Assembly: GCA_043228905.1 (NCBI GenBank)
Contig: JBHGNT010000387.1
Location: 1 to 29,577, forward strand
Source of the DNA: Azolla caroliniana
Taxonomy: Eukaryota > Plantae > Polypodiophyta
Length of the DNA: 29,577 nt
Reading direction: 5' to 3'
Each line of letters starts with the position of its first letter. Within the stretch, counting starts at the first letter, position 1. This document shows positions 10,765 through 21,571 of the stretch, piece after piece. Both the position numbers and the translations under genes were made by a program. The notes beneath the pieces are model-generated. The model saw only the letters and a list, made by a program, of their open reading frames with translations, was not told the origin of the DNA and ran no database searches.

Positions 10765-12799
10765 GATGACCAAAGCCACTACAAGATCATATATAAACAC
10801 AATGATGTGCTCTATGTTGCTTCCTTTACATGTAATGCCAATTGAAAAATGCTTGTGGTACACGTACGGATAATGCACAATGTGAATGCAGGCCCCATTT
10901 TAACATTAAAGTAAGAGCCCTCCATAGAGACAGATACAATCCCAGACATGTCCCTCGCAGACAAAATCGTCAAATTTGTTGTTTGTGATTTGTGAGCACC
11001 CAATCCACACTAGGGTAGAATTGAAGAAATATTGATTGTAATTTAGCAAACATGCTACTCTTGAGAGGTCTAAATGCTAAATTGATTCACAACAATACAA
11101 TGGGTCCTAAGGCAGGTAGAGATGCTCCTCATCAATTTGATCCTACAACAGTGTACATTGAATATTTAGAAACTCAACGTTATGTGTTGAAATAATGGTT
11201 GGCATATTGCATATTGTATCCAATACATCCTCATGATTTAGTTTCAACTTTCAAATCATAGAAACAATCCTTTTTTTATTTTCCCCTAGAACATTCTCAA
11301 TCATTGATTTTTTTAGTATTTGTTTGTAGTAATCCTTTTTAAACCTCAACAAAAGAAATGTGAAAATTGTAGGTAGGTGTTTTTAAAAAATGTCGCGATG
11401 TGAGAGTTAAAGGCTTCTTCATGCTCCCATTGAGTGGCTGAAGACGTCCTAACATAAGCATAATACAAGATAAAGTTGTTTCCAAGTGCTTACAACTATG
11501 TGGCAATACAAGGGTTACAGATCTTGGACACCCCATCACACACAATTAAGGCTAGCCTTCAAATACAGTTTTCCACATATGTAGGACATTGCAAACCATA
11601 TTAAGTAATAGTTCTTGTCTCTTTCTATGCATTATCCTTCATGAATTTGTTAGGTTCCTACTCAAATTTGCTTTTTTTGTTATTTTTATGTGTTTGAACA
11701 TAATCATTAAGCAATGGTTCCTTATTGTGCTTTTAATGATGATAGCTACCACCATAGATATGTGTTCCAAGTTGTAGTCTTGACTCTTTGTCAAGCAAGA
11801 CGCTCAATTTTAGCCACATTCATAAAGGTTGTTCAAGAAAATTGCAAAGGCATTGAATTATATGGATAAAAAGTCTCTTAGTAGGAGGATATTTTCTAGA
11901 TGACAAGCACCTCCCACCCTATCATCTAAATCATCCATATATTAGTTGTCTTTCCAATCAAAGACTTTATCTATGAAGAGGACCAAACCCCTTGATAATA
12001 GAGGTTTAAATTAAAAAACTTGGAGGTTTTTTACAATACTAGTATTTAGGCTACGACAATTCATCTTTGTCATAACTAGTAACTACTCATATATTTTATA
12101 TCTTACATTATGTCAATATTCATGACTTCCTTAAGAAACTAAATATAAATCATAACTAATTTATTCCCAAATACTTAACAAATTATAACTATCATTAAGC
12201 TAAACACAGAATATATTGATATTATACATTTAAGACTAACGCAAGCATGTCTACGCATACATTTCAATGGCATGCAATTCATGAGGTGAAATGATTATTG
12301 TATGCCATGGTAATCCACCTATTCCCAACAATTTGTATTTGTAACTTCCAAGTTGATGAATTTTTATACAACTAGTGTGAGGCTTTGTACCATTGCCAAA
12401 TTAAGCTTCATAGTATCCAGTCTTTTTGAATATTTGTAAATTTACATGTCTCTTAGATATACTAGGTTACAAAACTACAAGCTTAGTACCTACAACGTAG
12501 GAAACATAGTCATGATACAAAAATGTTAGTTGGATACAAAAAACTCAATCTTGTTTGGGTATTAAAGCTTCATTGGCAACAAGTTGACTGTCAAAAACTA
12601 CTGCATTTGCGTCCACATGTAGCATTAGCATTTGGATTGGTGCTGCCATTGCTCTTGGTGCTGGTGCTGGCGTTGTTGGTGCTGGCATTAGCGTTGGTGT
12701 TGGTGCATTTTTATTTTATTCTCCGTTTCACCACTACTAAAACAACTTTTGATCTCAAAGAATAATTAATTATCCCTTTATCCTGGTGCAATTCACAAG

Positions 12800-13500
12800 A
12801 AGATTCATGAATGATAAATGAAAAAGTACCCACACAAAACTAGCTGAAAAATGGTGACAAATTACAAAGAACGAAAGAGTTATGGTCATCATTTGGCAAC
12901 CCAACTTGGCATAAATCAGGTCCATGAGGCATAACTCAATCTGCTTTTCTGAAAAATTTCATTGGGCCATGCAGAACTAATCATTCATCAATAGGGGCAT
13001 AGCAATCAGGAATGGGGGTGTTCAAAGCCAATTACATCAACATACCGAAATATCAACATATTTGCATGTCAAAATGCAAACTAATCCACTCAACTAAAAC
13101 CTTTTCTCGACCTTTCCCATAAGAAGTTCTAATGACTTCATGTATGATGAGGTCTAATGAGATTTTCAATAAGAAATTTGCTGACCGTATCAGGCACTGA
13201 ACAAGTTTGAACCTTGCCTAAACTTCATGATAAGAAACCTAATAATCATGGATAAACATTTAATGAGATGAATACTATGTTCCACACAATGCACATACAA
13301 ATCCCATTGTTCAAAAACAAAAGTGCCATTAGATTTGACACTATCAAGAGTCTGTATTAGCTTCCCTCCAACTATAAGCCACTTTATAACCTCAGTGGCA
13401 TGCATTGATGGATATGGACTATGTTATACGGTGTATCATTGTCCCATGGATTAGAAACATAACTTTCTTCATGATTGATGTTGTTGATTATAATAAATTC
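12800..13500 (-). mobile_element. Possible highly decayed hAT-like DNA transposase remnant
   Basis: Only scattered motif-like words: PYNIVHI (cf. P.NVVQV.TDN), HCVEHSIHL (cf. CxxHxLNL), SSCE; multiple stops. Confidence 0.25.
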
Positions 13501-13524
13501 CATGTGCATAAAGAGGTTGTTGCA

Positions 13525-13752
13525 TCATGCTTTTATCAAATGCCAAAGAGAAGCACCTTTTCGACAATTGCAGCTTTCTAGTATTTGACTTATAGCATCT
13601 AGCATTTCTTCATGCTCAATGGTCTTACTAATGCAATCTCTTTCATCTTTTGCACTTTCCACTTGCCTCCTGAGACGATTTTTTTCGTAGAATAATCCTC
13701 TGAGCTGCCCTTCCCTTTTTCTTTCATTCTCTTTCTTCTGGTATAGCATGTA
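13525..13752 (-). CDS. XS-domain gene terminal exon, coiled coil
   Basis: Phase-0 acceptor at 13752 or 13737; KKENERKREGQLRGLFYEKNRLRRQVESAKDER... then TGA at 13525-13527. Confidence 0.65.
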   Translation of the reverse strand, partial: YMLYQKKENERKREGQLRGLFYEKNRLRRQVESAKDERDCISKTIEHEEMLDAISQILESCNCRKGASLWHLIKA

Positions 13753-13828
13753 CTAAACCTTAGATGGCTGTTTATATTATATATACACATGAACCAGATC
13801 TACCAATGATACATCTTCACGAGTATAC

Positions 13829-13970
13829 CTTTTGCTGCTTCTTGAAGTTCGTGCGTTTCATTTGTGACTCATACACATTACCAGAAAAGTCTTCAATTTC
13901 TTCGACTTCTGCATCATCCTCTCTTCCATGCCTTGCTTCCGATACCTGCTTTGCTAGAGCTCTACGGCCT
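13829..13970 (-). CDS. XS-domain gene exon 4
   Basis: GCAG acceptor in phase 2 after a 93-nt intron; GRRALAKQVSEARHGREDDAEVEEIED...KKQQK; AAG|GTATAC donor (phase 0). Confidence 0.7.
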
Positions 13971-14063
13971 CTGCTCATATAAGATTCCCGGTTTTGTTAA
14001 TAAAAAATAATTTCTTATGTAGAGATAGCAATGAGACTTCTTCAGCTGACTTCATAGACCTAC

Positions 14064-14260
14064 TCCTCATTTCTTATGTCTTTTTCGAGTCCCGAGAATT
14101 GCTCTCGCACTCCTGTTATATCTTTAAGCCACAACAATCTTTCCTTCTTAAGCTGATTTTCAATCTCATTAAGCTGAGTCTTGAGTTTTTCATTTCCAGA
14201 AGCACCGAGCCCCCTATACTTATTCAGGTTCTTTTGGAACCTAACCTCCATCTCCTTGAG
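14064..14260 (-). CDS. XS-domain gene exon 3, coiled coil
   Basis: CTAAT branch point + GGCAG acceptor; LKEMEVRFQKNL...LKTQLNEIENQLKKERL...; GA|GTAGGT donor (phase 2). Confidence 0.72.
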
Positions 14261-14411
14261 CTGCCAGGGATGCGAAAGCAAATTAGAATTGCTCATTCAT
14301 TGGCTTTGATCAATTGCCCAATTCTATATGTACAAATATAATAATAATAGTCATAATAATAGGCGACCAGTGGTAGAAGCAACGAAACATAGTAATGTGG
14401 TTCACACTAAC

Positions 14412-14453
14412 AGAGTAGAACTTGATTGTTAACACATCATGATGTGGCCTTAC
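14412..14453 (-). CDS. XS-domain gene, putative small exon 2 (VRPHHDVLTIKFYS)
   Basis: Strong pyrimidine-rich TTTTTGTGCAG acceptor, 42 nt in frame, GTTAGT donor; may be skipped. Confidence 0.45.
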
Positions 14454-14571
14454 CTGCACAAAAACGAAGCCAATTGTTATTATACATAAAGATACAGAAA
14501 GTCTGTGTGTCTGTGTGTTTATATGTGTGGCTTCTTGAAAAAAACAAAGCATCCAAAAAGAATATGCAAAC

Positions 14572-15705
14572 CTTTTGTGATCTTCGGAAAGGCCATTTGT
14601 ATGTAAATCCTTTGCCTGATGATGAGCCCTTTGTCCACTTTCCTATGATCGAACGCACACGTCCATTTTCTTTGATCTCTTTCAATGTTGCCCACGTTCC
14701 TAATGGATGATGGCTCTCATAATCAAAAGCTGATTGGGAGGTTTCCAGCTCATCATCATTCCGACTCCTCACATTGACAACATAATCCTCCTCATCAATT
14801 GCAAGAGAATTGTTGACACTATAAGGCTCATCTGGATTCTTAGCCTTACGGATATTCAACTTCAACGAGCCATCAGCCCCAGGGAATTTCTCAAGGACCT
14901 CTGTAAGGCTCTCGGCATTGATCAAACCGATCTCCGATGCAGGAAAAACAATGACATTTCGGTCATCTTCATCGTTTCGTTTCGTGGTCTTAAAGACAGC
15001 GAGGACTTCCTCGAGTTCCATATCTTGCATTTTGGGTATGTCCACCCCTTGGAGGCCCTTCCATCGGCGAAGGGCACCATCAAATGAATACGAGACACAT
15101 CCTTTCTTGGCAATGTTATCGTTATTGTCACATTTTCTGCGATTGTTATGATTGTTGTGGTTCTGGTTATGTTGATCACTAATACAACTATTGCTACTAT
15201 TTTCAACGAGAAGGATGGGCGGCCAAGCGTGGGAACCAAAGGGCGGGACACCCAATATCCTTTCAGATCGCAGGACTTCAGACAAGGCCCTACAATAACC
15301 CTTATGTTGATGTGGGAAGCACTTCCAGAAGTTCTTAGCATGGATATGGAGAGCTGACCATCCGCGGAAGAGCATCTGCTCGGGGCAAATTGCACATGCG
15401 ACTTTGAAATCGCTACGTGACGCGAGGTCGGGATGTTCCCGATATATAGCCACGATCTTCTTTACAAAAGGGAGCAATGTGTTGTAAGCATTATCTTCAA
15501 TCTCTTTGGGTGAGGAGTGGATGTCATCTTTGTAGAGGGATGTGAGGGCTCCTGGGGAGATGAGATCGTGGTTAGGTCGAGATTCGAACACCGATGCGAT
15601 TTCTTCTCGATCCTCCTCATCCTGCTCGTCTTCCTTGTTGTGATCGTCTCGTGATGATATGTCTGTACAGTTGTTGCTTCTGTTATTCTTCTTCTTCGAT
15701 GGCAT
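14572..15705 (-). CDS. SGS3-like XS-domain protein, exon 1 (zf-XS + XS domain)
   Basis: ATG 15705 (MPSKKKNN), acidic N-terminus, C2H2-like CAIC...ALHIHAK...HKGYCRAL, XS start HAWPPILLVEN, VIVFPASEIGLINAESL, LGTWATLKEI; AAG|GTTTGC donor (phase 0). The ORF extension to 15912 is the GA-repeat 5' UTR. Confidence 0.8.

Positions 15706-15707
<2 letters not shown>

Positions 15708-15747
<40 letters not shown>
15708..15747 (-). repeat. (GA)20 microsatellite in 5' UTR of XS gene
   Basis: Perfect (TC)20 on + strand, ending 2 nt before the ATG at 15705. Confidence 0.95.
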
Positions 15748-15749
<2 letters not shown>

Positions 15750-16167
15750 ACTTCCGTCTTTCCCTCTCCTCCCCTGTTCTTTTTGGTCTGACGTTGTCTC
15801 TCCGAGTCCTCCCCTGTTCTTTCTTTCTTTCTTTCTCTTCTTCGCCGTGTCTGCAGCACCAAGGACGGCTCCAAAACGTTGCAACTCTATAATTATTATC
15901 TATTTTACTCATTTATTTATTTGAATTAGTTGGAAATTGGAATCATTAGAAGCATAATTAGCACATTCAACCTTCTTAACCTCTCTCGCCCCGTACATGC
16001 GCACTCTCTCATTAGGCACGAAATTAGAGAAATTTTGAAAGCCCCTCATCATCCAAACAAGACCCCGAAATGGGAAACCCCTGTTTAGTGAGAAATTGGC
16101 CTTTGAGAATTTTGCCTCAGACTCATTTCCTAGTAATTGTAAAGTAATCTTAGTAACCTCTCACTCA

Positions 16168-16478
16168 CGGTCCACACATTACTTGGTCAATATGATGTTC
16201 TATGGCAAAGGCAAGTGGCCTTCAAGAACCAAAGCAAGACTTCACTTATTTTCGAATACAATTTCTAGTATGAAGTGGAATTTTGTCATACCTTCTTTTA
16301 TGTTGTATAGCTTATATTTATTGTTCTACTTGTTTCATGTATGACAGCATCTGCTTGATCAGATGTTTATACTACCCTTTGTATCACAATAGAAGTGAGA
16401 TGAAATGTCTCCTTCTATTTTCTCCATGTACAGTTTTCAAGTAATATACTAAGGTGAATCTTTCTCAAAAGAAAAAAA
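16168..16478 (+). mobile_element. Short L1-like LINE 3' end fragment
   Basis: VHTLLGQYD/VLWQRQVAF...MKWNFVIPSFML is homologous to the C-terminus of the LINE at 16805-17652; ends in AAGGTGAATCTT plus an A-rich tail, the same terminal motif as that element. Confidence 0.7.
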
Positions 16479-16804
16479 CTCTCGCTAAGGTATAGTTATG
16501 TGCTTCATCTTAATCTTCGTGACATAGTTAGGAACCTCAACTTTGCCATGAAGCATGCTTTCGGAATTTAGAATGCATACATGCCTTCTAACTCGTATTA
16601 ATCCATTATACCCATAAATACCAAGCCTTCATGAAAGCATGCTCCCTCGATTCTCAATATTTCTTCAACCTCACCATGGACACCTTCAAAACAAGAGGTT
16701 TCACTCATTGTCAATCGATCTCACATGGCATATTTATCCTATGTTACAGTTTCTCTAGTTCTTTTTATCAAATTTGGGTATTTCCTCATGGGTAAGGCTT
16801 ATAT

Positions 16805-17652
16805 GTTTTTTGTTTTTATTTTTGAAGATTCACCTTGGTGTTAATGGAAAGATGCCCAAAAGCTACAAATAACTCATACATGAAAACACAACCATCATAC
16901 CCACATCAACCAACATGTCGAATAACAAAAGCCCTCATGCAACTACCTTAGAAACTGCATTTACACATCTTGGTAGTGGAAAAAGCCACCTTGGTGGAAC
17001 ATATCTCCACTTTATTCTCTCCCCAAATGAGGTGAAGACCTCTTTCTTTGTCCACATTTCTCTAAAATGTTGTTGCTTACAAAACACAACATCCAACTCA
17101 CCAGTTATTGCCTCATATTGACCAATTAAAGTATGCAAAACATCAACCATATCTCCTTGACTAACTCAATTGTATTCTGTTTGACTTTTCGAAATACACA
17201 TTTACATCTTACCTTCCACAATACCCAAATTACGAAAGAATATATCATAGACCAAAACTTGTCCTCTACCAAACAACGGATTGTTGTAGCATAAGATACA
17301 TTCAATACATACCTTCCATCACAGAGGAGATGAAAATCAATACACCCCTTTTCATAATTTTGTATTTCTTTAGCAAGCCTTCCCCATCTCACAAAACCCC
17401 ACATCTACATCTGTTTTTACCGTAAACAGGATACAAATTTCTCAACACTCTTTTCAAACACTACTCTAGCAATAGGACATATCCATAAGACATGATGAAT
17501 CAATTCAATGTGAAAACCACGTCTATCACATTTTAAATCATGGTGATGCCCCGCAACCATGAGTTCACAGGAATCCCATAATGTACCATCAACCATCTAA
17601 ACAATACAACATGTTTAGGAATTTGCGTGGCCCACAACCATTTCCAATAAAC
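16805..17652 (-). mobile_element. 5'-truncated L1-like LINE (zf-RVT to 3' tail)
   Basis: YWKWLWATQIPKHVVLFRWLMVHYGIPV...C..R...HVLWICP (zf-RVT), WVLWKVRCKCVF, KWRYVPPRWLFP, then AAGGTGAATCTTC and tail AAAATAAAAACAAAAAA; candidate 8-bp TSD TATGTTTT at 16802 and 17653. Confidence 0.85.
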
Positions 17653-18099
17653 TATGTTTTAATTAAGGCTATATTCTAATTAAGACGTGACTAATATAAG
17701 TAGGTGAGGAAATTTTTAGACTCATTTTTTGCTGTCAATACAGGATGTTGGTGGGCATCGGCAAGATGGCGAGATGGCTGGCGAGATCCAAATGTTGATG
17801 TGGACTAAATGAAGAAGATTTTAGGTTTCTCATTATGATGAGTGATGACGCGGTAGGGATTGAAGCATAGTAACATGATAAGAGGATGAGTGATGATAGT
17901 GTGGGGGTTGAAGCACATCATGAGAGGGGAGGAAATAGTCTAGATTCATTATTTTGATTCATGCATCTTGGGTTCTGCATACCTGGAAATTGTTGCCCAG
18001 AACAAAGTTGATGGGATGTGTATCACGAGGAGTAAATTGGTCTTCTCATAGACAATTGATGTGCCCACAAGAAGGATGTTCTTCAACATTAGTGTTGGA

Positions 18100-20095
18100 T
18101 GCTCTTCAAATCGGCTCAACCTTGGTTGATATGTATGCTAAATGTGGTATGCTTGCAAAATCAAAACAAGTGCTTGAAGAGCTTCCTATTCGAAATGAAG
18201 TCTCTTGGTCTTCACTAATTGTTGGATATGCCAAACAATGTCGAGGCTATGAAGCATTGAAATGCTTTGAAAGGATGAGATATGATGGTTATCTTGTCGA
18301 TGCAATCACCTTCATTTGCATCATGAAAGCTTGTGGTGCCATAGGAGCTATTGACGAGGGAAATGAGATTTATAATGAGACTGTGAGTAGAGGCTTGATT
18401 AATATGAATATCATTCTTGGCACAACTTTAGTAGATATGTGTGCTAGAAGTGGTCTCTTTACCGAAGCACAATATGTTCTTGATGTGCTTCCTATTCGAA
18501 ATGAAGTGTCATGGTCAGCACTAATCGCAGGCTATACACACAATGGGAAAGATCACGAAGCACTGAGTTGTTTAGAACAGATGCGAGCTGAGGGAATTTC
18601 TCCTAATGCAATAACATTCATTTCCATCCTGAAAGCATGTGGCAACACTGGAGCAATAAATGAAGGCATCAAGCTTCATGATGAGATTGAGACAAGGAGG
18701 GACTTGTTAGAGAAGAATATTGTGCTTGGCACTGTGCGTGTAGATATGTATGTGAAATGTGAGATTTTTTCTGCGAACTCCTTTGCTGGGTTTTTTCTAG
18801 AGGTTGGACTATGCATCTTGCTAATTTGGAGAATGGAAGGCTCACGAAGTGCTCAAAGGGCATCTTGTCCAAGATGTTGTCTCTTGGTCAACATTAATTT
18901 CAGCACATACCCAACAAGGGCAAGATCTTGAAGCACTAAAGTGTTTTGAATGTATGCCACGTGAGGGCTTTTTTCTTGATGTGATCTCATTCATTTGCAT
19001 TTTGAAGGCTTGTGTAAACATAGAAGCTCTATACAAGGGTAAACAAATGCATAATATGATTCTCAACTCAAGGTTGTTGAAAAATGATTTTATGCTTGGA
19101 AATACCTTAGTGAATATGAAAGCCAAATGTGGAGAGTTTGTAAATCTCAAAAAGTGCTTTAAGAGCTTCCTATTCGAGATATAGTCTCTTGGAATTCACT
19201 TATTGGTTTAAAGGCTTGTGGAAACCTAGGAGCTCTATACAAGGGTAAACAAATGCATAATATGATTCTCAGGTCAAGGTTGCTGAAAAATGATTTTATG
19301 CTTAGAAATACTTTATTGAATATGTATGCCAAATGTGGAGAGTTTGTAAAATCTCAAAAAGTGCTTCAAGAGCTTATTGGCTTCAAGAGCTTCCTATTCG
19401 AGATATAGTCTCTTTGAATGCACTTATTGGTGAGTATGCTAAATAGGGTCAAGGCCACAAAGTTGGACCATTTTAAACAGATTCAGAATGATGGCATTGC
19501 CCCAGATACTGTCATATATTTTTTGTTTCCTTGCAAAAGCACAAGAGGATATGTAGAGAACGGTCAAGATAAAGAATCATTGAATTATGTTCAGTTTATG
19601 CAATATCAAGAATCATTGGATTGGGTTTTGTGAAGAAACTCTTAATTTTGTTGAGCACCTGCAAATGGAGGGGTTTAATATGATGACATTTTCTGGTATG
19701 TTGAAAGCATGTGGCAACATGGTAGATATACAAAAAGGGAACAACTTCCATGTTCAAATGTCCTCGCAAAACATAGAGGTCATAGAAACAAGTGCCCTTA
19801 TTGAGAAGTATGCTTGAAGCTTAACAAGTCTTTGCCATAAGATAAGAAAGAAGTCTTTTTGAGTGGTCTAGTTTAATTTCGAGATATGCTTGAAACGTAG
19901 AAACTGTGCAGAAAACATTTAGCACAATTATGGTTTCAAATATCATCTCATGGAATGCACTCAAAAGAGGCTATAGAGACTATGGATATGCCGAGGAGGT
20001 GTTGTATTAGTTTTGAACAGATGCAAGACAATATATGTATATTGTTTCCTTTAATTTTAATACCAATGGAGGATATTTTTTATGGAAAAAAAAAA
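18100..20095 (+). pseudogene. Decayed PLS-class PPR pseudogene
   Basis: S-P-L motifs (GSTLVDMYAKCG, NEVSWSSLI, ITFICIMKACG) continue across frameshifts near 18840 and 19145, with stops, a foreign ~75-bp insert, an internal duplication and eroded motifs to ~20030; A10 run at 20086-20095; no recognisable start or E domain. Confidence 0.88.
19005..19431 (+). repeat. ~206-bp tandem duplication within PPR pseudogene
   Basis: AAGGCTTGTG...CACTTATTGGT at 19005-19207 and 19211-19431; the second copy has an extra GCTTCAAGAGCTT duplication. Confidence 0.92.
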
Positions 20096-20511
20096 GGCGT
20101 GCACTTTAAGGTCAAAATCCCTCCAACTTATGACATTCAATACACACAATTATATTAATAAATGTGTGTAAAAAACACTACTTACAATGGGTGTGACCAT
20201 GAAGTATGGTCACCCACTAACTACACTACACTACACTACATGGGTAGTGGAACATGTTGAATTGCCAATAGGCAAGACGAACAATCGACCGAGGAAAGGA
20301 TTTCCACTTGCTCCAATAAAGAAATTTGTCACATTAGTACTCCCTTCAACTTTCGTAGATATGCTTTCACTCCATGTCTACCATCAAATACAAAAGCATT
20401 GCACATATTCTAATTATGACGCAATCCCCAATATCTCAAAAATAGAAAAACAATCTCTATCTCTGACTTTGGGTCCACCTGTGTAAATTGTGCAAACACC
20501 CAGTGTATAGG

Positions 20512-20536
20512 TCTCTCTCTCTCTCTCTCTCTCTCT
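20512..20536. repeat. (TC)12 microsatellite
   Basis: Seen directly. Confidence 0.95.
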
Positions 20537-21571
20537 TTCTACATGGCCATGATTGATGTCCATAGTTATTTGTTATAGAAATACAACATATATGCAGTTC
20601 ATTTGTGTTTGCAAACTAGTGCTTCTAGATGCATGCTCTATATTAGTAGCTTGTTTATAACTACTCTATTGTGTCTCCTAAAATGCATGGTCTTGTGTTT
20701 GGTACCACGTATGTGTGTAATAAAGCATTTCATTATATTATTAGGATTTTGTCTTCCACTATAGACATTTGTGTTACCTACATAATTTGCAACTTGGCAA
20801 TCTATTAAAAGTGTCTAAATATGAAGCAATAAAATGTCTCAAAACCTTTCATCATCTTGCTTGTAGCAATAATCTTGCAGAATTTTATATTCCTCTTAGA
20901 TTTAGATGGAATAAATAAGACATATACATCAAAATTGTGGAGACTTTGCATCGTTATATTTGTTGCAATTTCTTCCTTGTACAAGGTCTCAAAATGATGG
21001 GAATTGTTGTCATCGAGTTGATGTTGCACACCTAATTCATAATATCAATTATTGCTGAATAATTACGGAAGATGGACAGAATTCTTCTTGTGGTCCTCAC
21101 AAATATGTATCTTTATTGTTGTAATATGTTACATGGCATTGGGATCTCTTTTCTATACCAATGCAATGATGTAGTAGTTGTGAGATATGTGGTTTACATC
21201 ATGGACCACTCATGAATGTGGTAATGTCCTTTTTATGGCATTTCTATAAATATTGTTGTTTGTTATCATAATTATCCACAAGTGAATGCATTATTAAATT
21301 GTAACTTAAAATTTTGTAAAATTGTGAAATCAATGCCTCTATATTGTCACATGGGGTAGGATCATAAACCCTCGTTAATAGTGTGGATGAACTTGATTAG
21401 TAAGATGGGTTGATCAAGTTAGCCCCTTTACACAAACATTCCCAATAAGTGTTCATGTGTTTATGTTTACTCAATAATAGGGCATTTATCGATAATCCTA
21501 AGCAATTACAATAATAGGATAATAAACTATCAATGAAAAGCTAGCTATTAAAATTAAAACTCTTCCTTATT

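Noticed and set aside
8222-10845. Several + strand ORFs over the PPR gene
   Set aside because: Antisense shadows of a long coding frame; no recognisable domains.
14426-15892. Alternative-frame and antisense ORFs over the XS gene (SLSLSL, ERERER)
   Set aside because: Products of the GA microsatellite and stop-poor coding sequence.
17954-18931. 325-aa ORF as an intact PPR gene
   Set aside because: Non-ATG, non-PPR N-terminus; leaves the PPR frame at ~18760; downstream motifs are frameshifted.
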